From the NCBI GenBank assembly GCA_051362555.1, contig CM120648.1:16116587-16180586 (forward strand): a stretch of DNA of 64,000 bases, written 5' to 3'. A program made the translations under genes and the position numbers. This DNA is from Lingula anatina (lineage: Eukaryota; Animalia; Brachiopoda). Below the pieces are notes generated by a model, which worked only from the letters and a program-made list of their open reading frames with translations, did no database searches and was not told where the DNA came from. Positions 22,692-36,520 of this stretch are shown here, one piece after another. Numbering within the stretch: the first letter of the stretch is position 1; every line of letters starts with the position of its first letter.

Positions 22692-22814
22692 CTTCGTTGG
22701 CCTCAGTGGCACAGATCAGTGTGGACCGAAAGAGCCATTGCAGTTCAGAATTCCAGCATGTCAGGAGGCCTGGGGCATTCAGACATGAGGACCGAGTGTT
22801 CACTCGTCTTGAAC
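22692..22814 (-). CDS. Putative internal exon of the same unknown gene (123 bp, phase 1-1)
   Basis: Acceptor cttttcttgaccctAG; open frame SRRVNTRSSC...TEANE; needs a GC donor; phase matches next exon. Confidence 0.35.
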
Positions 22815-23218
22815 CTAGGGTCAAGAAAAGTATAAACGTTAATTGCAAAAAATCATTGAGGCCATTTTCCCATCAAAACACCACTGGTCTGCGTGGATCG
22901 ACCAAACTCTGCGGGGACTCTTGCTGACTGCAATCAGTTTAACTGAATGACAAGCCTCCCATGGCGTAAAGTAGAATACAGAAAAGCTGCCAATTATACG
23001 ATTATGTTGGAAACAAGATGAGGCGTGTCACTCGCTTAAGCTGATTGCACTTAACGAAAACCACTTTTTTCCACTCTCTCCTTTGCTACAATATAAATGC
23101 GTGTTAATGGAGTTTCAACTTTTTTATGTACAGACACAGATGTGTCTGTACATATAGCCGTCACCTGCGTCTGTCGTCGCCGTTGCCGTTGCCGTTGCCG
23201 TTGGCGTGCACTTTTACC

Positions 23219-23830
23219 GTAAACATGATAAGTGGAAAACCGTTTTACTTTTTGACTTGAAACTTACAGAACTGATGAATATTCATAATACGCAGGTCAA
23301 GTTCGAAAATCGGCATGATCGGGCCATTTTTAGGGAAGTTATGCTTTTTTTTCACTTTTTTCAGCATATATGCAACACCGTAAACACGATAAGTGAAAAA
23401 CCGTTTTACCTTTTGACTTGAAACTTACAGAACTGATGAATATTCATAATATGCAGGTCAAGTTCAAAAATCAGCATGATCGGGCCATTTTTAGGGAAGT
23501 TATGTTTTTTTTCACTTTTTTCAGCATTTATGCAACACCGTAAACACGATAAGTGAAAAACCGTTTTACCTTTTGGCTTGAAACTTACAGATCTGATGAA
23601 TTTTCATAATACACAGGTCAAGTTCGAAAATCAGCATGATCAGGCCATTTTTATGGAAGTTATGCTGTTTTTTTTTTCACTTTTTTCAGCATTTATGCAA
23701 CACCTATAACACATTTTAAGGAAAATTGATTGGCCAATTGTCTTGAAATTCACAGGAGTGATCAGTGTTACTAAAATACAGATTAAGTTTTGAAAAAAAG
23801 CTTGATCAGTTAAGTTTTGGTGAAGTTATG
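23219..23830. repeat. ~160-bp tandem repeat, 3 good copies plus a degenerate fourth
   Basis: gtaaaca.gataagtg at 23219, 23380, 23540. Confidence 0.9.
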
Positions 23831-24871
23831 CCTTTTTTTTGTAATTCTCAGGCATGTTAATAGTCTCATTTTTTAACTAATTTAGATATGTTAAGTTGTT
23901 CTTTTGACATTTTCTGCATCTTAACAATATTGTTAGTTGATTATATATAAAAGACGGAAAACCTGTTATTGTGTACTGTATAATAAAGTGTCAAAAATGG
24001 AAATAAACTCATATCTTTACAGTTTGTCAGATTCAAACATTCACTATGTTCAGAATCTCTGAATGGAGCAAATTGGACATTTAAAATTGTTCTATTGATA
24101 TTTTTCCTATGTCAACAATTTCCCTAGTTGATCATTTAAAAATGAAAGTAAATTGATTATTTTGTTTAATGTAAAAAAAGTGTTGTAAATGGAAATAGTC
24201 CCATTTCAGTATAGCTATCTCTTGTTTACATTTTGGCATTTTGAAAGTGTGACTCTGAACTTCCATGGCCTTGAAGACCTTCCCATATCACATTTTCTGA
24301 ATATCCACGATACTTTTATTTTTTTATAAAAAAAAATTGATGGTCATTATGCTGTTAAGCATTATGTAATGTTACATCAAAATTGAAGACAACCCTATTT
24401 TGGGCACTGCCTCCATAGTGACCATTTAAAGAAAAGCATGTCACTTACTCTTCTCAAACTCACAGAAACCTTGCATAGGACTAAAATGTAGCTTCAGTTG
24501 GAAAACCTGTTTTATCAAATAACTTTTCTGGAAATTATATAGTTTTTTGTGAGAATTAAAATTTTCACATAACAACATTTTCGAGATGTGACATTGAACT
24601 TCTATTGGTTTGAAGACCTACTGCTAATCATATTTCTTGAATATCCATGATACTGTTACTTTATTATTAAAAAATAATGGTTATTATGCTTTTAAGCATT
24701 ATGTTATATTGCATGAAAGTTGAAGAAAACCCCATTTTGGATTGCGATTAAGGGTAAACCATGTTTCTTATGATACTTAAACTTACAGAAAAGTTTTATA
24801 GGTCTGAAGTGCAGCTTGTGTCGGAAAATCAGTGTGATTGTTTTCTGTTTTGGAAGCAATGCAGTTGTTTA

Positions 24872-25083
24872 TACCCCTTTTACACTTGACGGCGTCCTTT
24901 CTGCGACCATGAAATTTGGCATCGCTGTGGTCTTAATAAGGAGGCACGAGCATTGATTTTGTATCAGAATGAATGCTCAATGATAGACCAGTTGTCGGCA
25001 CGTAAAGTATTATAAATTTTTAACTCTCAAATGGGGCCATACTGCTGGATGCAGAAAGGACGCCGTCTAGTGTAAAGGGGGCT
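24872..25083. mobile_element. PIF/Harbinger-type MITE
   Basis: ~30-bp TIR (ccccttttacacttgacggcgtcctttctgc / gcagaaaggacgccgtctagtgtaaagggg), flanking TTA duplication. Confidence 0.75.
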
Positions 25084-26338
25084 TTAGAGTACTATATGGT
25101 GCAATAAATGTATATAGATAGTGGACAGTATGAAATTGTCCCTTGGGTGATCACTAATTAAATTAAGGTCTATAAAGTAATTTGCTTAATCAATTTTCAA
25201 TTGGCCATTAAATGAGATTACATAAAACACTCGTTGAGATTTCCCTGTAAAGTACCATAGGTTTAGCTCTCTTAACTGTGTCACATAATTAGGAGTCGAT
25301 GATAATTATGCAGGTAAATGTTGTTTTATATTGAAAATAAGTTTACAAAAGAAAAATTTTGTGTAAGACTTACATTAATGCTAAAGATGCCTTATTATTC
25401 GCAAACTCAATAGGGTTATTCATATTATGTTAATAGTTATACAGCTAGATTAAAAGTTTGAATAGCAGCTTTATTGGAATTTTTTTATGTTTTATTTTAC
25501 ATTTGTTTTTTAAATTATTTTTCAAACACTAGCATCTTCAAGATGACACTTTTAACTCCCATCCACCAGAAGTGCTGTGCATTTTCTGTATTTCCACATT
25601 AGCATTTGTGTTGAATTTTATGTCTTTAAACATTGTGTAATATTATTTTATGCACTGTCATCATTTTTCACATATTGGGATTTTCATTATGTGAATTTGA
25701 ACTCACATATGGTCCTGAAACTGTAATCTTATTGACCAAGTTATTCTGTTGTACATTTTTGTGAAATTTTTATCTTTCACATATTGGTATTTTCAGTGTG
25801 GGACTTATAACTCCCAAGGGCATGTAACAGTTCACTTTTATTGATACTTCCTGTTGTGCAATATTTGCAACTTGACTTTGCAGTTAAAGGGATAATAACT
25901 GTTTGTTTTGGCAAACAATTTTTTTTCTAAAAAGTATTTTTTTGTTATAATCTCTTAAGAGATTATTACAGAGTATATCTATGGAGGTCATATGGTCTAA
26001 TGACAAGTTCAGATATCAGAATAATAGCTATGACTGCCCTTTTTGTAGTTAAACAAAATATATTATATTTCTGTGAGTTGTTTACACTGTTTAAAGTCAA
26101 GTTGGATGATTCATATCATGGTAATATAGCTAGACTGATTGGCAGCTCTAGTGGAATATTTTTGTAATTTTTCCTTTTTTAATTTTTCATTTTTCAAATT
26201 TTTCATTTTTCAAGATGTGACTTATCACTACCATTGACCAGGATGCCTGTACTGTTACTTTGTAACATTTTCTGTATTTTTTTTTAACTTACAAGAATGA
26301 TTCTTAGGATTGACATACAGCCCAAATTAGAAAAACAG

Positions 26339-26340
<2 letters not shown>

Positions 26341-26404
<64 letters not shown>
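26341..26404. repeat. (AT)n microsatellite
   Basis: Direct reading. Confidence 0.95.
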
Positions 26405-26408
<4 letters not shown>

Positions 26409-26618
26409 CGTTGATTTCTTTATGATGTCCCATCTAATGTCATACTGGGTTTTATTTTCTGTTAATTTCCATATGTATTTGGATAACTCAGTATCTGCAG
26501 CATATTTCTTGTCTCTAAATGACTTGGTGTGATTATTGTATCTCAACTTAAATTGGCCACCACAAAGCCCTATATATTTCATGCATTTGTCCTTAGTAGT
26601 GACTGATGCTTGGTACAC
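26405..26618 (-). mobile_element. Penelope-like retroelement fragment (GIY-YIG endonuclease)
   Basis: YQASV...YIGLCGGQFKLRYNNHTKSF...TELSKYIWKL motif typical of PLE endonuclease; flanked by (TA)n on both sides. Confidence 0.8.
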
Positions 26619-27494
26619 ATATATATATATTAATGTTATTATTATTTTTTATTGAGTTTAAGCAATTTTTTTCTTAATTCTCACTTATTCTCATTCTGGC
26701 ATTTCCAAAGTATGAACTTTAACTCTTATCAGCCTGAAGCCTTAGGGACAATTTCCAGACCCTGTCACGCTTACTGTGGGTTGATCTATCTCCAAGGGAA
26801 TTCTCGCTAAATTGCAATCAATGTAAGTGGCTTAGCTGTCCTACTGAAACTGGCATGCCAGAATCCTAAGCCACTTAAGCTGAAAGCAATTTAGTGAGAA
26901 ACCCCTTCGAGTTGGATTGATCCTTGTAGATTGATCTAGGTATGGGAACTCGGTCTAATGCTTGTTACACATTTTACTTTCACCCTAATCCGCAGTTGCG
27001 CAGAATTAAAATTTGATGTTGGCTATGCAGTTAAGCATAATACATAAGAACATCAGAATTAACAGTATCCCATTTTCTGCTTTTTTATTTTCTGCTTTTT
27101 GTCTGTACATTTGACAGCTTTGCTGCCTTGTTTACCATTAGTGTTAGTTGCATGCAGCTACAGGATGTACTGCCACTGTCTGCAATATATTTTCCAATGA
27201 AAACTATTAAAACTAAGACCTCACTCAGGATTGGGGACTACTGTAACTAGTCCGCAGATCAGATATGGCGTGCCCACTACAAAGCTTGCCGTCTAATCTG
27301 CTAATAGACACTAAATACATGTAGATATCCCGTTGGGAAGTACCACATTTGAATTTTGCTAAATTCAGCTTCCAATATGCCTACAAAAGGCAAGGGAAAA
27401 TAGCTTAGAGAGGAGGAAATTGGAAGGGGAGAATGAAAGGCAAAACTGACGTGCGCCGCCACTTTGTCATCACAAGCGTGTCACGCAAGTATGA

Positions 27495-30165
27495 AAATTC
27501 GTGCACCCGGTTGTGATCGTGGCTTAAATGGGTGCTACAGTCGTAGAGATCGATTTTCAAGGTAGCCACACAGAGGATGTAAGGCAACTGTAATGAGACT
27601 GTTGGGTTTTTTCAACGCGCTAACTTTTTTACCGGCAAACCGATATTTTCCCCACATAACCTCAATGTCATATGGGAAAAAATGTTCCTGCACGCAATAT
27701 ATAGTAAGCTCGCCACAGCCTGTAACCTTGAAAATACTATTTACCTTTTCTTGTAGCGTTATCAAGGGCGTTTGAGAAAACGTTCCTGTAAGTCAAAATT
27801 AAAGGTATCGCGCTAGCTTGCACCATTGCATCTTGTCAGTTTTAGCGTTTTGTACGTGTACTTTAAGGCAGGCCATTTAAATAACAAATGCAGCATTTTC
27901 TGTTACCAGCAATTGGGAATAACGACAATGAGAATACAATACCAAGTACCTGTTAACTGTAACATATCGCCACTGTGAAACAGGTTCAAACCCAAAACCA
28001 TACGATCTTAAAATTCGTGCGCCCGGTTGTGACCATGGCTTAAATGGGTGCTACAGTCGCAGAAATCCGCGGCAACAACGGCTCCATTTTCGAGGAAGCC
28101 ACACGGAGGAAGTAAGGCAACTGTAATGAGACTGTTGGGGTTTTTAACGCGCTAAATTTATCAACCGTCAAACCGATATTTTCCCACATAACCTCAATGT
28201 CATATGGGGAGAAATGTCCCTGCACGCAATATATAGTATGCTCGCCACAGCCTGTAACCTTGAAAATACTATTTACGATTTCACCGTACGTCATTCGTGA
28301 TAAAAGTTATCTTGGCTCTTGCGTGCGCTCAGGGAAGACGGAACTGGTAAAACTACCCCCTCATGTCTACCTGTCCTTGTAGTGTTATCGCGGGAGTTTG
28401 AGAAAACGTTCCTGTAAGTCAAAACTAAAGGTATCGCGCTAGCTTGCCCTATTGCATCTTGTCAATTTAAGCGTTTTGTTCATGTACTTTAAGGCACATT
28501 ATTTTAATAACAAATCTACAAACACAGTACGAGCACAAATACAAAATGGCAGCATTTTCGGTTACCAGCAATTGAGAATAACGACAATATGAGTACAATA
28601 CCAAGTACCTGCTAACTGTAACATATCGCCACGATGAAACAGGTTCAAACCCAAAAAGAAGACAACAAACAGCTTGGCGAAGCTTTCTATTCTTTATTGG
28701 CAACTGTTGTCCTCCGTGAGTGCTGCAAACTGGACTTCTCGAACGCAAACATTTACAAAACCTTCCAAAACGAATGGCCCCAGCGACTCGCAAGGCAGAC
28801 TTGCGCCTTTCTATTGCAACCTTTCCTCTAGTCCTACGAACCCCACGGATTCTACTGCAACCAAAATTCGCTGGGGCCATACGATCCTAAAATTCGTGCG
28901 CCCGGTTGTGACCATGGCAGAAATCCGCAGCAACAACGGCTCCATTTTCGAGGAAGCCACACGGAGGATGTAAGGCAACTGTAATGAGACTGTTGGGGTT
29001 TTTAACGCGCTAACTTTTCAACCGGCAAACCGATATTTTCCCGCATAACCTCAATGTAATATGGGGAGAAATGTCCCTGCACGCAATATAAAGTAAGCTA
29101 GCCACAGCCTGTTAACTTGAAAATACTATTTACATTTTCTTGTAGCGTTATCGAGGGCGTTTGAGAAAACCTTCCTGTAAGTCAAAATTAAAGGTATCGC
29201 GCTACCTTGCGCCATTCCATCTTGTCAGTTTAAGCGTTTTGTACGTGTACTTTAAGGCAGGCCATTTAAATAACAAATGCAGCATTTTCGGTTACCAGCA
29301 ATTGGGAATAACGACAATGAGAATACAATACCAAGTACCTGTTAACTGTAACATATCGCCACTGTGAAACAGGTTCAAACCCAAAACCATACGATCCTAA
29401 AATTCGTGCGCCCGGTTGTGACCATGGCTTAAATGGGTGCTACATTCTCAGAAATCCGCGGCAACAACGGCTCTATTTTCGAGGAAGCCACACGGAGGAT
29501 GTAAGGCAACTGTAATGAGACTGTTGGGGTTTTTAACGCGCTAAATTTATCAACCGTCAAACCGATATTTTCCCACATAACCTCAATGTCATATGGGGAG
29601 AAATGTCCCTGCACGCAATATATAGTATGCTCGCCACAGCCTGTAACCTTGGAAATACTATTTACGATTTCACCGTACGTCATTCGTGATAAAAGTTATC
29701 TTGGCTCTTGCGTGCGCTCAGGGAAGACGGAACTGGTAAAACTACCCCCTCATGTCTACCTGTCCTTGTAGTGTTATCGCGGGAGTTTGAGAAAACGTTC
29801 CTGTAAGTCAAAACTAAAGGTATCGCGCTAGCTTGCCCTATTGCATCTTGTCAATTTAAGCGTTTTGTTCATGTACTTTAAGGCACATTATTTTAATAAC
29901 AAATCTACAAACACAGTACGAGCACAAATACAAAATGGCAGCATTTTCGGTTACCAGCAATTGAGAATAACGACAATATGAGTACAATACCAAGTACCTG
30001 CTAACTGTAACATATCGCCACGGTGAAACAGGTTCAAGCCCAGAACGAAGACAACAAACAGCTTGACGAAGTTGTTCATTTTCGTAAACTTCTTTCTTCT
30101 CCTTATTGTCGACTGATGTTCTCCGTGAGTGGAATTTGGCGCCTCAAACTTGAACGTTTGCAATA
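27495..30165. repeat. Higher-order tandem repeat: related monomers A-B-A'-B', dimer period 1389 bp
   Basis: aaaattcgtgc.cccggttgtga at about 27495, 28010, 28889, 29399; ORF-track duplicates at 28040/29429. Confidence 0.85.
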
Positions 30166-31029
30166 ACTTTAAAACTGCGTTGCCGTCGGTTTATATAGAA
30201 CTCTGTGCTCTTCCCGTGGGCGTTTCGATAGATGACAGGTTTGAACATTCCTTTCGGTTGACACGCCCCATCTGGGTAGATCTAGACAGTTGTCTCTAAC
30301 ATTTGATACGCTACCACGTTGCACCCGCCACTAAGGGCTAATTCCTACTGAGACTATCGTTCTATGCACGTCGATCCAGCTTTGCAGGGAGTCAAGGTGA
30401 ATGCAATCAGGTCAACAAATGAACACGCCCACTCTTGTTTTCAACGTGGTCGTAGAATCCCCAGCTTTTCTGTTCTGCTCGGCGCCGGGAGGAGGCGTGA
30501 TAAGCTGTTGATCTGCTTTCATTCAGGGAGACCCCCTGCGGAGTTGAATCGATCTACGTAGACCGACAGTTTCATTGGAAATGCCCCTACTTTGTGTAGA
30601 AGTAAATTAAAAATCTGGAAACTTGTCAACGGAGGTAGTCTTTGACGTTTCAGAGAAAATTACCTAAAATTTCAGGCTATAAACAATTTAGTTTTATTAT
30701 TTGACCTTCAAGATTTGCAGGCCTGAAATTAAAGTTGAAATATGATCGTGTTTTTCTCGTCCCCGGCAAAATGACGCACAACTCAGCAAGAAGAGGAAGG
30801 GAGCCGATTTTACACGGCTTGAATTGAAAAAATGACATGCTCCATTAATGAAACCCAATTAAAGGAGCCTACCAAAACTGGTTTCAGTGGAAATTACTTA
30901 TATGCAGTTTTAGATCAATAAGGATGTTTTGTCAAAAGAAGCAATACCTTCCATTATTTCTTTGAAATAAATCCATTCCCAAAATTTAGAGGAGTTCAAA
31001 AGTGAGACACACTGAATCCTTTACTTTTG

Positions 31030-32330
31030 AATATATTAATTGATGGCATACTTAGACTTATAGATAAATAAAAAAGCAAAGCACCAGCAAACCTTTTACT
31101 GGTCTTTTTTATGCAGACGATCTAGTTTTGTTTTTGGAAAATTCCTCAGGCCTTCAGAATACCAGTAGTTTAAAATGCTTAGAAAAATTCTGTCATAGAT
31201 AGAGGTTAACTGTTCATTAAAAAAAAAAGACGAAAGTTGCTATTTTTAATGTTAAGGAAGAAATACATGGTCACACTGTTGGAAATAGAGTTTTTTTTTA
31301 CTTTCATAACCAGTTGGTGCCAGTAGTAACAAGCTAGCTACATGTGTAACTAGGTCTCCTTTTCACAAGGTCTGGCACACTAGCCCTTGCACAACAAAAT
31401 GTACATATAAAGCCTTCTTCAGTCAAGCTAGTAACAATCCCACCTCCTTAAAAGAAAAAAAGACTTTATGAAACAATGATTTTCCAAGTTGCAGCATATG
31501 GAGCTGTAACATTGGGTTACACTCCATTTTATGATAAGTCCCCAACAGAAAAAATACATCTCCATATTTGCTAGCACCATTTAGGGGTGCATTCTAAATC
31601 TAGTGATTATGCTGTTCGGGGGGAACTTGGGCGCCAAATTCAGATACAAGTAATTAAATACTGGGTCAATATGTTATAATACGATGACTGTGTTCCACTT
31701 AAACGGGCATACCTAGATGAATTAAAACACTTTGATCTTCTTTCAAGCACTAGCCTTCATAACACAAGCCATGCTATGCCACGGAGTGAAAGGGGAAGAA
31801 AATTCTTGTAGGAAATGGTTTTGGGCATGTATGCTTCAAAGAGAAAACGGACAAAAAGTTCATGAAGAATTTTAGTGTAAGACTTAGAGACAGTAGTATA
31901 AAACTTTGGCATGGTAAGGTATCACAAGAAAATCTCAAGCTGAGAACGTATAAACGTATAAAACTATTAAACTTTATTTTGGGAAAGAAAAATACCTTGA
32001 TATAATTCAAGATAAAGAATTAAGCCAAACCCTAACCAAATTTAGAATCAGCAACCACAATTTGCACATTGAAACAGATCGCCATGTCAATGGTTAACCA
32101 ACACCAGATGAGAAAAGAAAATGTCGCTTTTCCACACTAGAGTTATAGGATTCAGAGCACTTTTTAAATACCTGCTCTCTGTATACTGAATACAGAAAAG
32201 AACTCTTTCAAATAGTGCAAAGCGGCCACACATGCTTTACACATTATAACAACAAAGATAAATTCTCCATCATAATGAACCAAACGAGGCTGTAATAATA
32301 TATTTAGCCAAATTTCTTAATTTAACCTCG
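31030..32330 (+). pseudogene. Decayed non-LTR retrotransposon ORF2 3' part (RTE-X-like LINE)
   Basis: Motifs LFYADDLVL (~31105), YAVRGELGR (~31608), LTKFRISNHNLHIETDRH (~32032), EHFLNTCSLY (~32155) with stops and frameshifts. Confidence 0.75.
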
Positions 32331-32859
32331 CTTTTGTGAAAAGAAACTGCGTTGCATCTCCCACTTAGTAATGTGAATAATTACTGCAAATGTTCAGGTT
32401 CATTTCACATAGTAGAAAACAGGTTCGTGAATAATTAATTTCTATATCTTAGTCATGTACTTGTAGTGTGATGCTAGCGTATGATCAGTGCTGTGAGCAG
32501 TTGACTCGGCATTAAGACCGCACCTAGCTTATCATCATGAAATACTGGATATGTATGTGTAATAACGATGCATTGCTATATATGTAAATTTCTGTTTTTC
32601 TTTATTTCATTTTATTTATTTATTTATTTATTACTATTACTTTTTATCTTTGCACATTTTCACCAGTTCAGCCTGGTGTAGAAGGTTTGAATAAAGCATA
32701 TTTAATGATAAATAAAACGCGAGTATTATCAATTTTGTTTCATTGACATGTAAGGATGAGTGACAACGGCGCCAGTTTTGTGGGAAGGGCTGAGATGGGG
32801 TATTTATCCTTTCAACCTAAACATTAATGATTGGATTGAAAAATAAATGATACGGGTAG

Positions 32860-34117
32860 CTATCTTCCCATTAGTATTAATACTAATTGGGAGCGCAAGG
32901 AAAGGGGGGCGTCTCCTTGAAGTCAAAGTATCTGAGGCTGAGGTTTGCGATGTAGGGAGTATTACCCACTTTGGCCAAACTTGTCATTTTAAAACTAACG
33001 AACTATAATATAAACGTAGGGTCATTTTGGTTAAGTTGAGGCTCGGACACATTAGTATTTTGTATCCGATGTTGAGGAGTTCAAAGGTGTTGTGAACTAC
33101 AACATTGGTCAAAAAGGTTGTCCCACCCCCATTTCCATGTACTTTTATTTACAAATGATCACCTCACAGCTGTAAATTGTTAGATATAGTGCTTTTTATT
33201 ACAAATTCCGTGTATAACATGATTAATGGTTAAAAAATACAAAATAGTGGTGAAAATCTACACACATATACCCCTTAGTAAAATTTATAACAGGCGCCCC
33301 CTCAAATCCACCGTTTCACTGTGACTTCTACAGATGTAAAGAAACGTCTATTAAATTGAAACGACACCATCAAATGTCACCAAATCCACACACAATTAGC
33401 ATTAGGGTATGATCGTTAAAGGTGACGTGCCTGACAGCGTGTGCGTCTGCCGCGTACTGCAATTATCTCCTGTAGACGGCACGACAAGCCTTCAACACGG
33501 GTAACAATTCTGTTATGTGGGATATTGCATAAAAAATTATTCATGCAACCCATGTAAGGAGTTTACCGAAAGGAAACTGTGGTTCCAGTGAGAAGGTACT
33601 TCTTTATTGGCGGTTTTAAAGCAATAAGACCCGCTTTGTCAAAACAACCTGTATATTCCATCATTTATGATAAATCAAACGAGGGTATAAGCTAGAATTA
33701 TTGTTTGCTTGACATGAAACGATAAATGACCAAGACGCCATCTTGAGTGGTTAGCTGTAGCATTTACTCTATCCACCTGCACATAATGCAGCTTTTAAAA
33801 ACTGAATTGATTAAAACATAATTATATGAGTAGTCATCTTCCCATCAGTATTAATGCTAATTGGGAGCGCAAGGAAAGAAGGGGCGTCTCCTTGAAGTCA
33901 AAGTATCTGAGGCTGAGGTTTGCGATCTAGAGAGTATTACCCACTTTGGCCAAACTTGTCATTTTAAAACTAACGAACTATAATATAAACGCTGAACTTC
34001 AAGGTGTCTTAACATCAAAATATTTGGGACACATGAGGGACATTTTGGTTAAGTTGAGGCTCAGACACATTAGTATTTTGTATCCGAGGTTGAGGAGTTC
34101 ATAGGCGTTGTGAACTA
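32860..34117. repeat. Dispersed direct duplication of ~240 bp (32860-33100 and 33835-34117)
   Basis: Shared cttcccat.agtattaat.ctaattgggagcgcaagg...gttgtgaacta. Confidence 0.8.
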
Positions 34118-35094
34118 TATTAGGATACCAGGTTGCCTTCATTTTCCCTGATGGAACTTGTTTATTTTTTACTACTTTGCAGCTGATGATGCATTTGGGT
34201 ATTTATTATTATTTTTTTATACAACCATGCATCCAGTTTTATTGCCATTCATTTCCAGTCCCCTCTTCTCGATTCAAAAACATGGTTCAAATATAAAAAA
34301 ATCCAAACACAATCTGACATATAAGTTTTATTACATTATAAGCAAATGAATTTGATATATTCAAATAAAAGTACATGCAGGCATATAAAGGCAATGTCCG
34401 AATTCCAGTGTCGTCATCGTGGGCTAAAACAATACCACCACCACCCCCCCCCCCCCCAACAACAAAAAAAAAAAAAAAAAAAAAAAAAAAAACATTTATT
34501 TATAAAAAAGACAATCTTTTCATAAATTTTATTCTAGAAAAGCTTCATACCAGACACAAAGTGCGATCTAAGTGCGAGTCATTTTTTGGTATCTTAATAC
34601 TGCCTATAACATTTTTCTCATTTTCTGTCATAAACACAGAAAGTAAGGCTACAACTGAAAGTAAGCAATAGCAGTCGTTAAGCTGATTTTACTCAGCGAG
34701 ATTCCCTACATATTAATAACGATCTACGTACATTGTAGACCGATGACATCTATGGGAACAAGCCCAAATATTGGTTGTAACAGAGTCTTTCCTCCATTAA
34801 ATTTATAGATGTTGGGGGTTACCGTGACGTAAGTGGATTGACTTCTGGGAAGAGTACTTATACAGGCTTCACGTTTACTTTAACGGATATCTAATTTTTC
34901 CTGTCGAAAGGCGGTCAAAGGTGAAGGATGAATCAAAGATAAATTTAGAAGACTGACTGAAATATATCTCTGGATCTGCCCTTAGCCGTGTATTGTAAGG
35001 GGCTCTGGTGCATTGGGACTGGTTGACTTCACAATATTTTATTATTTAAAAAAAAATGTTTTAAATTGAACCGTATTATTCCACCAACTTTCAG

Positions 35095-36520
35095 CTAGAT
35101 TACAGTGTACTCAAACAGAGGGATATATTTCCCCCTTGATTCGCCGTACTTGGCGCACAATTTCAACTTCCCGGGACAGTCTCCTGTATAAACTGTTCCA
35201 TCCCACGTGTCCCCGTCGCTAGGCAACGGTTGCCATTTCCGGTTCACCATAGCGGAGACCTGCAGCGCTCCAGGAACCTGAAGTTTGAAACTAATTAGGC
35301 TTCCGGCGTCAAGGACCCCCGTGAAAGGGTGATGGAGAACCCCTACATCCCAGCGCCCTAACGCGATGGGCAAGGGGCATTGTTCCATAGACGGCACAGA
35401 GCAGCAAACAAGCACGCGGTAAACACACTCAAATTGGTCTTCCACTGCCGACTGCGAAACTGAGATTTGGGATACATTCAAGTCTAATTCCGCAGCGAAA
35501 ACAGAAAGCATGTAAAATCCGTTTTTTATCATTCTTAATCTGAATCCCACGTGATCTGGGTCTTTTTCGTAGATCATGGCGAACTGAGTGTTCTCCAGAG
35601 CGGACGACACCGATTTCCCAAAATATACGAAAGTATGCGAAATTCGGCAGTTTCTTTTTGTAAGTATTCGAAAACAATAATCACTTTCTTTGTCATGTAC
35701 AACGTATGGGTCAAAACGAGCTACAGGAGAAATGCCCAAGCCCTTGGCATGTGCAGTGGCACCCAAAATGTGTACATTTGGATAATGACGTCTGCTAGAA
35801 GATTTGTCGACGTCAGTACAGTTAATCTGAAACACGCATGCGCATTCCATGGTGGTCGAAGGGTCGTCTGCTACGAATATTTTCAAAAAGTATATGCCTG
35901 GTTGTGGGACTTTGGCAGTGAAAAGAACCTCGTTGTCGATTCTTCGACAAAGAACGCTTCCTGTCCCCGATTCTCGACTAGCTGCAGACGGGGGGTGGTG
36001 TGGGTCAATTTTAGCGGCAAAGTCTGCCCGACTGGCATTCGGCACTCCTATTCTCACCTCAGCCCTGCCGGAGTGCGTCCATAGAATCGATATGTACCGG
36101 GTTGCGAAGCGCAGGCCTTTGTTAAAAAATGGCGCCTTTACCACCGGGAGTCTAATAAATTCCTCCATGGAAATGGCAGGCTCCATTAGCTGCCACTTTT
36201 TGTCGTCCGGAAAATGTTCAAAAATATGATCTCCGGGGTCCGTGACAAAATAAAACTCCTCACACTGATATTGAAGCTCTTCGTTGATGACATTCCCCTG
36301 ACCTTGACCTGGTGATGTGATCTGACCTTGACCTAGTTCGTCCTCAAAATGTTTCCCCCTGGTGAATCGTGCACCCCATTGGCAGTTGATGAAGTGCCAA
36401 GACCCGTCCACGCAGACTGCTGTCCAGGAATTTCTGAAGCGCCTGGACATTTTACGACCAGCCTTGTAGCCAGAACCCTTGGAGTACCCACGGATGATCT
36501 CACAGTGAATTCCAGCGTAA
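35095..36520 (-). CDS. Hillarin/kyphoscoliosis-peptidase-like protein, long terminal exon (transglutaminase-like + KY Ig-like domains)
   Basis: YAGIHCEIIRGYSKG, NSWTAVCVDGSWHFINCQWGAR, EEFYFVTDP..IFEHFPDDKKWQL motifs; acceptor ttttatattAG at 36521-36522. Confidence 0.85.

Larger units (their letters stand above)
23120..27134 (+). mobile_element. Non-autonomous Helentron-type (HINE/DINE-1-like) element
   Basis: T-run then atgtacagaca..tgtctgtacat palindrome (23126-23153), (cgttgc)n microsatellite, 160-bp tandem core; 3' subTIR tgtctgtacat at 27100 followed by gacagc-ttt-gctgcc hairpin and ttgttt. Confidence 0.7.

Noticed and set aside
22346-22927. 193-aa ORF and overlapping ORFs
   Set aside because: Open only because of (CA)n/(GA)n microsatellites.
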